Shown piece by piece: positions 11,928 through 24,422 of a stretch of 64,000 nt of DNA. How positions within the stretch are numbered: position 1 is the first letter of the stretch; each line of letters starts with the position of its first letter. The position numbers and the translations under genes are program-made. The stretch is from Takakia lepidozioides (lineage: Eukaryota > Plantae > Bryophyta), in contig CM060733.1 of assembly GCA_030704615.1 (NCBI GenBank), forward strand, positions 67,270,001 to 67,334,000. Reading direction: 5' to 3'. The notes beneath the pieces are model-generated. The model had not been told where the DNA came from. It made no database searches and saw only the letters and a list, made by a program, of their open reading frames with translations.

Positions 11928-11991
11928 CGAAGTCCATCCCCCCGGATGGAAATTCGGCGCCGCATTTACATCGAAGAGGGGATGGACTTCG
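11928..11991. repeat. 64-nt hairpin centred on one family-C palindrome
   Basis: 14-bp perfect outer arms CGAAGTCCATCCCC / GGGGATGGACTTCG around GGAAATTCGGCGCCGCATTTAC. Confidence 0.85.
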
Positions 11992-12324
11992 TCGTGTCCA
12001 GTGGCTATCGGCCCACCTGGCAGTGAGTGCCCATAGTTTGCATGGCAGGGTAGGAAACTGAAACGGCTACATTCATGCAGCAGCCAATCTTCATCGGTCC
12101 AGGATCCTGTACGGGGAAATTTAAATGTGCCCTGGAGTGTGCCCTGGAATGTACCTCACTTCTGTATGACTGTGTTTCATTGTGTTGAATAACTCTCGGA
12201 TTTGGCCCACTGTTTACAATTTGATGTCTCATTTCTACAATTTGTCTGTCCGGTTGAATAAAGCAGAGTAACCGGTATGTGAGTCATGTGTCAAGAATAT
12301 ACCAGAGTAACGCCATGTCGGCAT

Positions 12325-13040
12325 CGAAATGTGGCGCCGCATTTCCATGTCGGACATCGAAATTCGGCACCGCATTTCCATGTTGGACATCGAAATGCGG
12401 CACCGCATTTCCATGTGGGACAAGAAAATGCGGTGCATCATTTCCATCCAGGTACACGAAATACCAACACGGGTCTATAAATTGATCAGAAAACGAGGTT
12501 GGCATTGCAAATGCGGCGACGCATTTCCAGCGTGGCAATGGAAACTTCTTTTTGGACAAGGGAATGCGGTGCCGCATTTCCGTCCAACACTTCGAAAAGT
12601 GCACCTATTTCCGACCAACGCGATGGAATGCGTTACCGCATTTCCGAGAGAGGGTCTGCAAATGGACAAATTGCGATTTCCGTTCTGGAAATGCGGCGCC
12701 GCATTTCCATGTCCGTCATCGACTTTTTTTTACAATGGAATGCGGTGCCAATTTTTGCTGATGGGCCTGCAGTTCGAACAACGACCATCCCCAATATGGA
12801 AATGCGGCACCGCATTTTCAATCCCGCCATGTCGGCCTCCTTGTTCGACCTCCTTGTTCGACCTCTGTAAGCGTGGTGGCATCCATGCAATGAGCGGGAG
12901 AGGCCAAAACTGGCGTGTGGACAAAGGAAATTTTGGAAATGCGGCACCGCATTCCCAGTTCAGATTACTTTTTACTATGCCAACATTGAAATGGAAAAAT
13001 TAGTCCCTCCCCTGTTTTGGAAATGCGGTGCCGCATTTCC
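12325..13040. repeat. second cluster of family-C 22-bp palindromes (about 12 copies, first four at 33-bp period)
   Basis: units at 12325, 12358, 12391, 12424, then about 12506, 12560, 12624, 12686, 12736, 12798, 12935, 13019. Confidence 0.9.
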
Positions 13041-13228
13041 AAAAGAGGTTCTTAGAGTTGCCAAAATTTTGGAAATGCCCTGACCCATTTCTGATTTTGG
13101 GAGCGTCCTGGTTTGGGCGATTGTGTGGCTGGAATGCACACTGGAGAGGGGTCACGAATGTCGGGCAGAATTTTCTTTATATACTCTGGAAGAGAATTTA
13201 CATTTACAGAGACTTCATTAAAATTCTA

Positions 13229-16200
13229 TTAATCTTGAAAATCATCGGAATCCTCATCCTGTTCTAGACTGTCCTGCTCCTCCTCCACCCCCTCAGTGCC
13301 TCTCTCATCTCCAGCGGACTGCTCGTTGGCCAGGCTTTCGAAAATCCCATCTTCCCCTTGCGGAACTGTCCATCTCACCTCCGTTGGGTCGTCTTCCTCC
13401 CTGTCTGCGTCGCTCTCATCCGCTGAATCACATATGTACTTTCGTACCCGTCTACCTGTCTGAGCTGCTGCCAACTCTTTCCTTATCCTTCTGTCCTCCC
13501 TAGCCCTCTCCAAAATCTGCTCTACTTTACTGGGATTCTCACTTCTTCTAATCGCTGTATTTGCGAGTTTAGCTGCATAACTAGGAAGGGAGTAGTCCCT
13601 CACCGGGCTCGTCATGAAGTCGGCCCTCGCAAAGAACGGGACATTCTTCCTGGCAGGAAGTGTAGGCCCTACATGTTTCGACCCGGACCCTGCAATCCTG
13701 CACATGACAATCATCAACGAGACTAATGAGAACCACAGTCGGGAAATTCCTTTGACATAAATGACCCAGAAGGCTTTGCAAACTTACAATGTTTGCACTC
13801 ACTCGTATTCCGGGTTCTCCTCTGCATCAATGTCCACTGTGTCTTCCTCGGACTCCGACGAATCCGAGGAGACTTCCGCTCTGTCGGGAGCCTTCACATT
13901 CCGTTGCAGCCCCTCCAGATGGGATCCCCACACGGATGAATCCTCCTCGTAGGCAAAGAGGTGCCGGTCGGAAAACCGCCCAGCCCACATTGAGGCACCT
14001 GTTACAATGCCATCCACACATTACCACATGGCGCTTCAGATGTTGCGAACTACATCCTAACGAGAATTTGCAGAACAGCAGAGATCAAGATTCTGCATAC
14101 CTGTCCCACAGATGAGGTCCAGCACTGTGCCCTCCACGTCTGTGCATGTCTCCATAATTGTCTGAATGAAGGCAGGGCTCCGAGTCCGTGAGTACCGCAG
14201 GGGTTCCGTTGAAGTGAGGCTATGAGGGAGAAGTTCCTTGGGAACGTTGTTGAACAGAACGTCGTAATCGAGTGGGTCGCAGTTCGGGTCAACCTTTCCT
14301 CCCTCCTTCCGGAAAGCAAAGGTGGAGTTTTCCTTCACAAAGCAGTATGCATCGAACTGCTTCGTCTGCATACACAGGGGGAAAACGATTAGAAACCGAA
14401 TGCGGCACCGCATTTGAAAGCACCCAAGCAAATGAATGGACGAGTGCCAGTGTCGTAATCACCTTCTTCCCTTCCGACCGAAGGCCCAGTGTGTTGATGC
14501 ACGTCCACTTCTTTTTCAGAATCGGGACGGCGCTCTTGCGGGTCCACTTCGCAATTCCTGTCTGAGTGTTTTTTCCTCTGCTCGCCAGGACAACCACACA
14601 GCCTCTGTCGTCCAACACCATGCGGGCAAGCCCGAATCCTTTCTTCCAAAAGTCCTCCGAGTACCTGTTCCAAGATGGCAAAGCTTGCAGTCCTTCCACA
14701 GGCTCTCCGTCCGGAATATCCAAGATGATCATATCGCAAGACCACTCGGTGGCATTTCCGCCCCTCCTACAATCCTTGTCTGCACACACCCTCTCAAAGA
14801 ACGAGACCATATTCTGAAATCCTGGGGTGTCGGAAGGCTCTTCGGCAGTCGCCTTCTTCAGTGCTCTGCCCTTCAGACCCTCCATGGTCTTCATGTATGC
14901 CAACTTGGCTGCCCGTCCATCCAAAGCCGCCAAGAAACTCTCATTTACACACTGGACTACAGTTTCGGGAGCCACTTTCGGCCTCTTCATTTCCACCGGC
15001 TCGAAAGGGTGCCCCCCTGGGGGTTGAAGAGTGCCTTCTTTGCCGAGCCAGTTCTCGTGCCTCTCGTGACAACGGTGGGCACAGGGGAGGCAGCCTGCGT
15101 TTGGGGGGGTGGGCTGGTTGCAAAGTCTCCATCGGAGTCCTCTTCCTCACCCTCTTCCTGAACAGGCTGTTTCTGCTTCTTCGTTTTGGCGGGTGTCACA
15201 ACAGCTGCTCCTTGCTGGCGAGTCCTCTTCTTCGACCCCTTCTGTTGGGCCTGCACAGCTGCATCCACCGTCTTTTGTGCCATCTCAGCTGCCTTTCTGG
15301 ATTCTTCCAGAGCAGCAGATTCCTTTGCCGACTTTGGCCCAGCAGGGACACGTCTTTCCTTTCTCTTCTCTTCTGCCAAGGCGTGCAGATCTTTCTCAGA
15401 CTCGTCAACAATACCGCCAGACATGTCCAGGTACCACGGGCATCCAACGAGATGCGCGGGATGCCATTGTTTCTGCATCTCGGGTGTGTAGACACAGCTT
15501 GGGCCCGCCACGGTCCAAGCCATGAAGAACGGGGGCTCTTGAGCCAGGGCCCCTGTCTGAAGGAGCACGTATTTCATATACCTGCAAGGCAGTCAGCATG
15601 CGTGAGCAAAAGTTGAGACCAACCTACTGGCAGAGTGCCACCGAAAACATAAAATGCGAATGCGGTGCCGCATTTCCGAGACAAACCTCGTAACCAGGCT
15701 TCGCATACAAGGGCAGCTGTGCTTCACCTGTAAACAATTCGCATTGCAGCTTTCCCCGCTCCCTCCTGATGTGTAAACTCCACGCTCCTTCTTGCTGTCT
15801 GTAGCTCTCTGGCGAAAAGGTTGTCCTTGTACGCACATCTGAAACGTGTCACGTAGTCTTCCAATGTCTGTGTTCCATCCCATTTGACGTACAAGCCGAA
15901 CGAATTTGTGTGCATTACGACTTGCTCCTTCGCATTCGACATTACCTGCCATTCCCAAATGCATTGTCACGTAGCAGTTCAGGGAATTCATGTCAGAAAA
16001 GCAAATCTGGGGAAGTACCTTGAATTACCTGGAACCACCAAGTCATACGGTTGAGCCACACATCCACTGCAGGGTCGGAAACTTCCAGTGGAAAAGACCA
16101 CATTGTCCTTATGCTCTCGGATGCATTCCAGATCGACAGCCACCGTGTCTGCCATTTCCGATCCAATGTCAGTGGCTGGAAGAGAGTGGCTATTGCTAGG

Positions 16201-18352
16201 AAGGAAATTCAGTGCATTGAAACCTCACCTTCTCTTTCGCCTCCACACATGCCGTTGAGAGGTGATGCAGTTTCTCCAATTGCATGGTCGGCTGCATGGC
16301 CCGAGAATAGTGTTTTGCAATCTCGGGGATGAAGTCCTTTCCAAGTGCCGGATCTGCAATTGCCACCAGCTTCACAAGCTTTGACTTGTATTTGGTTCTG
16401 GACTTGACACCGGCTTCCTTCAAGTGCTCAGTCAATGACTGCAACGTTTTGACCTGCCCCTCACTTTCCATGAAGAAGCGTTTGGCATGGGCCAAATCCA
16501 GCTTGATGTTTGACTGCCAACAAAAACATGCAGAAGCGTTACATTCGATTCATGTGGAAACATTACTGGAAATTGGGGAAGGATGAGCAGAGGGAAATTG
16601 GAGCACGACTTACTTCGTATATCACCTCCACCATTCCATCCATAGTGAGACGATACCATGTCCGGTCTGTTTTTGCAACGGCTTTCTGAATGAGCTCAGG
16701 CTCCAGCATTTCCGCAAACATCTGCGGATCAGTAAGACCAGTTTTCCTCACCCTGTACAGCATATGTGCCATGTGGGTATGCACGTACGCATTCTCAGTG
16801 ACCCTGCAAGGCACACTCTCCAGTTCAGTACACGGAAGCACGGAATCAAACCAGAATGGAAACCGAAATGCGGCACCGCATTTCGAATGTGCTAGGGAGG
16901 GTATGAGTATCTTACGAGTTGAGGTCCGCCATGGCATTCTTGAGCAGGGAGGAGTCTGCCGCCTTCACCTTGAGGATGACACACTCCACCATGTAATGCC
17001 AGCCAATGTGCTTGGCATGGTTCTGCTTGATGTACTCCCACCAGGCGAGAAGTCGGTGATTCCCGTCCCACACAAAGAACATTTTACCCGACATATGGCC
17101 GAAGTCGGGATCACCCTTCAGCGTCGCCTCGAATTCGTGGTTGCGAGTGTGCCAGTGGGTATCCCACGTTGACAATTCATCGGCAGTGGGTCCACGGGTT
17201 TCGCCGTCCTCATTCTCTATGGAAACGTAAAACGCTGCCGATCCCAGACGGTACCCTTCTCGAAATGCGAACTTGAGCTTATCCACATCTCCGGGAAGGG
17301 CCTGCCTGACGATGGGAAGGGAGACCATGCGACAGAGTGGGATTCGAAGAGTCCGCTGGAATACCCTGCTGCCCAGAACTCTGCCAATGCTACTGTGTGT
17401 CTCCTCCAACATTTTATCCGCTGCACTTTTGAAATCCTCCGGAGACATGTCTGTAGGTGCCGGTAGTGGCTGAGCAGCTGGAGCATCCTCAACTGGAGCT
17501 GCACTCTGGGGCCTGTGTGCGGGCAATTCTGCCATTGCAGAGGCCTCCTCCGGGCCTGCTAGCTCATCGGTGGTGAGGTCTGCCTGCGAACGTTCAGCGG
17601 CAGCACCCTCCTCCGGTACCAAATCGAGATCAACGGTCGATCCCATTGCCTTCGCTGCAGCAGAGTCGGCCCCAACATCTGCAGGCGGGAAATCCTCCAG
17701 GAACTGAGCTTCAGCTCGTGGAAGCGGTTTTGCGGGAGATTGTTCGCCCGTCGCCCTGATTGCCTTCTGCTTCCTCATCCTTGCAGGTGAAGGTGTCTGC
17801 TGCAATAGAATCTGTCTTCTACCCTGCTGCTTCATTCGCGTTGGGGGGGGTGAATCGGCCTGAGCCGGTTCAGAAGCCAGTAGAGGGACGGGCTGCTTCT
17901 TCTTCGACTTTGCTGGAGAAGGGCCCGACCCCTGCTGGCGATTCTCCATGATCGAAGAACGCGAGTCGATCTCTGAGACTTTGAACTTGCCCTTCGAAGA
18001 CGCGTCTTTGAATCGCAGAGGGCTAGGCCCGGCAGGAATACCCGCGCTCGGGGATCGGGTGGGTGTACGTGCTGCAGCTAGCTCCTCGGACTCTTCCTGC
18101 GGCTCTTCGGATTCCTGCGATCCCTCCAGCACGTCCACCTTTCCTGTTAGGCATGCAAACATGTTCTGCATTCAAGTCTCCTAGCATTCAGTCTAAGAAT
18201 TACAGAAGCAAAATGGGGGGTTCGGTGCTCGATCAGCTGCGCGCAGCCCGATCGCATGGAGCTCTCACTGGTGGCTGGGTTGCCTGAGTGGCCTGCTGCT
18301 CGGAGATGGCAATCTCCTCCTGTAGACGCATCTGCTTCCTCCCCTTCGGCAT
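13229..18352 (-). CDS. multi-exon gene: ParB/Sulfiredoxin-like domain + helical region + beta-class N6-adenine/N4-cytosine methyltransferase-like domain (one apparent frameshift near 15012-15017)
   Basis: FFVWDGNHRLLAW (DGNHR 17053-17067); motif IV-like DMIILDIPDG (DIPD 14709-14720); motifs X/I RSPAFIQTIMETCT..GTVLDLICGTG|ASMWAGRFSDRHLFAYEED; GT-AG introns e.g. 16804-16915, 16514-16613, 15582-15727, 14366-14462; exon-by-exon homology to 51035-57183. Confidence 0.8.
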
Positions 18353-18787
18353 TGGCCTACGTCCGAAGTATAATTTCCGGAGCTTGCGACGAGGTCTCCT
18401 GTCTGGTGCACGAACTCCCCCCCTCTCAGGTTCGAGCATAAGAAGAACAGAGAGAGGGAAAAGGGGCAAAGAGTGCAGATGGAAAGGGCGCGAGAGGGGT
18501 GACTGAGGAGACACGACAAAAGTAGATGAAACGGCGGTGATGCACCACTTGGGTTCGAAAGGTTGGACGAAAGTGTCTCCTCGTGGAGTTTGCGTCATTA
18601 CGAAATTCGAATCGTTGAGGGTACGCCTGCCGTCCGAAAATCAAACATCATTATCCAACGGTCAGGCCGCGCCGCCTCATGCCCCTTCAGTCAGATAGAG
18701 TGCCGACATGTGCAGCAATTCCGTTGCTCCACGTGTTCACATTTCAAGGCATTTCCGTCCCAGCGTCTGATGAGTTGGAGCGAGAAT

Positions 18788-20385
18788 GCGAATGCGGCGC
18801 CGCATTTCCGTTAAGTACCATCACGAAGCTACACATCCGTACTTGTTGGAAGAAAATGCGGCACCGCATTTCCGTTCCACCTTCACATACCTTAGTTGTT
18901 GAACGGAAATACGGTGCCGCATTTCCGTCCCACAGCTCCATGTATGAGATTCAGAAGGGAAATGCGGCGCCGCATTTCCGTTCCCACTTCACATACGTTA
19001 GTTGATGAATGGAAATGCCGTGCCACATTTCCGTTCGGGAAAGTATAGAGGTCTCACCTGGACAGAAATGCGGTGTCGCATTTCCGGTCTGGAAAGGTTG
19101 AAGGTCTCACATGGATGGAAATGCGGCAACACATTTCCGTAGCACAGCTCCAGGCCGAATATACAAAACGGAAATGCGGCGCCGCATTTCCGTTCGAGAA
19201 TGTCGGAAGGTGCGACTCGAACGGAAATGCGGTGCCGCATTTCTGTACCCGTTGCGCACGATTTTCAGTCAGAATGGAAATGCGGTACCGCATTTCCGTT
19301 CTGTAGAGTATTAACGTCTGACGCTGGCGGAAATGCCTTCCCGCATTTTCGTTCCACAGCTCCATGCCTCACATACAAAACGGAAATGCGGTGCCGCATT
19401 TCCGTTTTGGAATGTCGGATGGTGGGACTCCGACGGAAATGCGGTACCGCATTTCAATTCCGATGTTTCAGGATATTTCATCAGAACGGAAATGCGGTGC
19501 CGCATTTCCCTTTTAAATCTAATACATTCCGTTCTGGAATGTTGGGAGGTGCGACTCGGATGGAAATGCGCTGCCGCATTTCAGTTCCGATGGTTCACGA
19601 TTTTCAGTCAGAACGGAAATGCGGTGCCGCATTTCCGTTCTGGAATGATGGTAGGTGCGACTCGGATGGAAATACGGTGCCGCATTTCAGTTCAGATGGT
19701 TCACGATTTTCAGTCAGAACGGAAATGCGGTGCCGCATTTCCGTTCTGGATAGTGTGAATGTCTCAACCGGTCGGAATTGCGCTGTATGAAGCTGTCGGA
19801 ATCTTACTCGGCTCCAGGCATCAGATACAAAATGGAAATGCGGCGCCGCATTTCCTTTATGGAATGTCGAAAAGTGCGACTCGGACGGAAATGCGGTGCC
19901 GCATTTCTGTTCCCGTTGTTCATAATTCTCAATCAGAACGGAAATGCGGTACCGCATTTCCGTTCCACCTTCACATACCGTGCTTGTTGAATGAAAATGC
20001 GGTACCGCATTTCCGTTCTCGAGAGTATGAATGTCTTTTAAGGACGGAAATGTGCTGCAGCATTTCTATCCCTCAGCTCCATGCATCAGATACAAAATGG
20101 AAATGCGGCGCCGCATTTCCGTTCTGGAATGTCGAAAAGTGCGACTCGGACGGAAATGCGGTGCCGCATTTCTGTTCCCGTTGTTCATAAATCTCAATCA
20201 GAACGGAAATGCGGTACCGCATTTCCGTTCCACCTTCACATACCGTGCTTGCTGGATGGAAATGCGTTACCGCATTTCCGTTCTGGAGAGTATAAAGGTT
20301 TCCCCCGGACGGAAACTCGGTGCCGCATTTCCGTCGCTCTGTTGCATGACCAAGATGCAATACGGAAATGCGGCGCCGTATTTCC
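18788..20385. repeat. phased array of 30 palindromes GGAAATGCGG-NN-CCGCATTTCC with 53-bp period
   Basis: 26 of 29 intervals exactly 53 bp (others 64, 74, 60); 31-bp spacers fall into about 5 related classes with a 265-bp higher-order repeat. Confidence 0.95.
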
Positions 20386-20814
20386 GTCCACCAGCAATCG
20401 ACAGAATCACTCGGGACGGGAAATCTGGAACCTCAATGGGTTGCATTGTTCCGAAACAACACAATTGCGGCCAGTCTTGATGAGCACAACTTGGTTGTCT
20501 GACCGTTTTAACCAGCAGTCCTGGCACTTGTCAGTGCGAACGTTCCTGTCTGCACCGAGAATACTGCTGGATCCACCCTCAGGAGAAACTGTCAGGAGAT
20601 GTTATTTCGTCGCCGAATCGGCCATCATTGTCCTACTCACTGGCTATGGAATCAAACCTCCCACCTTCATGCATGTAGCTTGAAACAATACTTTCCACTT
20701 CAATGTGCGACTTCCAATTGTCGATGGACTCCGCAGATCCACTTAGATGGTGCCTGTGAGCCTTGGTCTGTCGCTATACTGAACCTCGCACTTGCCAACT
20801 CCGTGCGGTGTTCG

Positions 20815-23800
20815 ATGGCTCCGAATTCCTACGCTATAGTTTGCTGTCCTCCGCAACTTGGGAGAGCCTGGATCCCAAACGAGGGAGGACTTTGCAGAGT
20901 GACTGAAACTTACCTTTGTTCCAAATTCAAGCTCAAACCGGGCACAGTTTATTTGGAAGAAGAAAGGAAGGATGTTCCTGGACAGGTTGACGAGACCATT
21001 GTCGTGCTAGGTAACGACGGAGGTTGCGGAATCGAATGGCACGTTCCCCCGTCAGACACCATCCTGTACCGAGCTGTGGGAATGCCCATTCCCTTTCCGA
21101 ATCAGTCGCTGCCCACACCATCCACAAAGGAGTCCGGAAACCGAGAGGCGGCCACTGCCAACAGAGAGGTATGCAACGATAATCATTCCCGACCTGGACC
21201 GTCAAGACCCTCCATAGCTTCTCGTGTGGACGTATTCGACATTTCCGACGAGGAAGATGATTGCATTGAGGTACCCATGTCCTCCACACGGTCGTTCAAA
21301 TCCGGCATGGACGTCTCTGTAGGTGCTACGCATGTGCCCTCGAGCATAACTCCAACCCGGTCCATTGTGCAGCTCCTACGACAACATCACCTCGATGGTT
21401 CTCGCTCCGAGCTGGCTGCTCTCGACTATGCCAAATTCCCAGTCAGAAAGGTAACTTTTCTGCCTCCCGAAGTCGATGGCAATGTCATCTTCGAGTTTCC
21501 ACCTGTTTCTTCGTCAAAGAAAGCCTCCGGGATGTTAACAGACATGGATCGAAAGCATGACGGACACCCCTGGTGTGTGACGAAGACCAGTAGCACGAAA
21601 ATTGCTGATGGTGTTCGTGTACGATATGTCCTCTGTGCGGGGAAGCTGAGGTGCCTCAATCCCACCTGCTTCCACTTTCTCTCCAAAGGAGGGCGGAGAA
21701 ACGAGACGGATTGGACTGGCACAACGCATCATCCATTCATTGTCTCCAGCCAAGCTCCTGCGGGTTCTTTCAAGTGTGCACATTGCAAAGAACCACCGAC
21801 GTGCATGTCCATGTGCAGAGCCAAGCAATATTACGTAATCCATTTGCTCCCGGACTTGACTAGAGCTTGCATACACGTTGGGGTCCACTGCCACCCCTTG
21901 GCGAGAGGCAACATGCGTGAGGCTGTGCAGGAAGCACACGACATCATAAAAGAGGAGGTGAAATTGAGCCCCGGAGCCAGACCAAAGCAGATTCAGCTGA
22001 AGGCAGCCCACAAGATTGCTCTTGGCAAAATCATGTCTGAAGATGGTTCCGACCGAGAGCCCTTGACCGAAGACGAGATGCGTGACCTCTTGGAGTCCGT
22101 CTCGCACGTTTGTAGTCCGAATGTGCGGAATCACATCGTATCTTGCAAGCAGGAGTTCGGCAGGGGGTCGGACATGTACTCAATCCTGGAGGTGAAACGA
22201 ATGACTGGATATGACTACATCCAAGGTAGCAGGTTTCCAGGGCAAGGCAGCGAATCCGATCGTTGTTACATTTTCAAAATGTCGACGTGTGGGCCTGGGA
22301 GTGGAGTCGACTTGGTCACTCGCATGACAACTGGAAACTTGTCGAATGCTTGGGTGATGTTTGATCACATCAAGCGAATTACAAACCATCAGTGGGTGAC
22401 TATGGGTGCGCATGTTTATGACTATCACTCCAAGAGGCTCATGACGATTGCAATCTGCGAGATGAAAGGGGAGGACACACAGTCCGAGATGCATCTGTGG
22501 GAGGGCATAAACGAGCAGATGGCAAGGGCGGGATTGCCAGAGCCCAATTTCAGGGGATTCATGGCAGACAACGCTCAGGCCAACTGGGCAGCGGTGCGGC
22601 GTGTGTACGGTGAGGACCCCAATGTTCCAATGGAGGGGAAAGAGAGATCCTGTGGATTCCATTGGATGCAGAGTCTATCCCACTACACTACCAAATTTGT
22701 TGCTAGCTCATTCCAGGCTGAACACCGTGTCCTTTGTACGGCGTGGAAGGATGCACCCACATTTGATGACGCGGAGGTTAAGTTTGCTATCATCGAGGCT
22801 TGGTGGAACACGTCAGGTGCAGTGGAGACAACCAATCTGGGAGCATTGCACAGCTGGTTGGGGTGGTGGCATTTTCGGTATCGACAGTTCGGACAGTACA
22901 TGCGGGAGGTAGGCTGCTGTCAATTTCGTTCATTTGTCTTTCTGTTACGGACATTTCGATTGGTCCCTCACCGTTGTTTGTGTCCTTCTAGGAGCGGTGC
23001 TTGGATTCCGACACGGACATGCCGAACACGAATATGGCAGAATCGGTCCACTCCTCCTGGCGAGCGTCTTCTGCCGCACATCTGGTGGACGTAGTGACGG
23101 CCACAACGGAGGACATCGACAGAGCAATCATGCAGCAAGCCACGTACTACAAGTTCCTGAGCGGCAAACAATGGGGCTTTGGGCCGGACAGGGAGGAATT
23201 GTTGGTACGAACAGCTTCGAGGTCCAAGAATCCAGTGAAATGGGCGACAGCATTGCGAGAGAAGATCAAAGGGACGCCTCTGCACCGCAGAGGTGAACAC
23301 CTAGAGGGGGACGTCCGGACTCGCCCTGTCAGGCGGAGGATTGAAGAGGAACCCGGGTGCGAAGAGGATTCCTGGAGATCCGACAGGAACATTCGGACAG
23401 CACCTCGAGGTCCCGTCATGTTGCCGCACAATGTGTCTTCCAGCAGTGGAAGCCCAAGAAATTCCAGATCGCCGTCGCCTTCAACCGGGGATTTCGTGCA
23501 ACAAATTCCCACCGCTCCCTTGCCCCACATTCCGCCCGCTGTTATGCAGTATGGCCAAGCCATTGTGGAGACGACTGTGTCTGCCTCACAGTGGAGAATT
23601 GCTCGCACAAAGCCGTCGTTTCGAGGAAGGTGTTCCGCAATTCGTGTGGATACACGGCAACGTTGTTTAGAGATGATAAGGAGGAATCCAGATGGGGCTG
23701 TCCCTGCTCCTACTTTTACAGGAAGATTTGTCCATGCAAAGTTTGCGGAGGCGACAACCACCCAGTTCTGGTTCTGCAGGCACGACATTATGACTTGCGT

Positions 23801-24422
23801 GTATGGAAAGCCCAAGTACGGCATACAGACAATGCCAGAGGCTCCCCCGGTGTGGCCGGTGGAACCAGGCTGCGATCTGAGTCAGGTTGAGGCCGACGCC
23901 CTTACCGCCGCAGGATTTCGGATGGTGCAGCGCACTGACGTCCCCAGACAACCATTTCCGCTTCCACAGCCTCCACCACCGACCCCTGTGAGAGCAAGAA
24001 CAATGGGACACGACAGCTCTAAGCATCCTACACACCGTTGGGGGAAACCGAAGAGGCGGCGACCTCCCTCAAAAGTGAACGAGACAAGGATGGGGAATGC
24101 ACTTCGGATGAACTGTACAATCCAGAGCTCGACAGAAGTGCCCCCACCAGGATTCGGGCGTGTGTATCAGATGGCCACGGCGGGCTCAGCTGTTCGCAAT
24201 GAGGTGTACACCATCACCATTTCAGAATTACCCACCTGCAATTGCACCGACTTCCAGATCATGGCGAACAAGGGGGCATCATACTGCCCTTGCAAGCATT
24301 TGTACTACGTGTACCTAAAGAGACTCCGTTGTAATTCCACAACTCATCACTTCATACATGCACCAGGGTTGAGCCCCCAGGAGGTTCACACTCTTCTGAA
24401 TATGGATCCAGGGGACCAGTGA
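20815..24422 (+). CDS. intact MULE-type transposase of C1 (about 1174 aa; exons 20815-22908 and 22992-24422)
   Basis: GCM/WRKY-like Zn domain (WCVTKTS..CAGKLRCLNPTC..HVGVHCHP), DDE core (VMFDH, FMADNAQAN, CGFHW, NMAESVH), C-terminal SWIM (CNCTDF..CKH); 83-nt GT-AG intron in phase 0. Confidence 0.9.

Noticed and set aside
18788-20385. CRISPR array (palindromic repeat plus constant-length spacer)
   Set aside because: Spacers fall into about 5 related classes in a higher-order repeat rather than unique acquisitions; no cas genes; eukaryotic transposon context
18998-20683. ORFs with EMRCRIS/GNAVPHF/KCGAAF repeats as repeat proteins
   Set aside because: They are translations of the DNA palindrome in all frames on both strands
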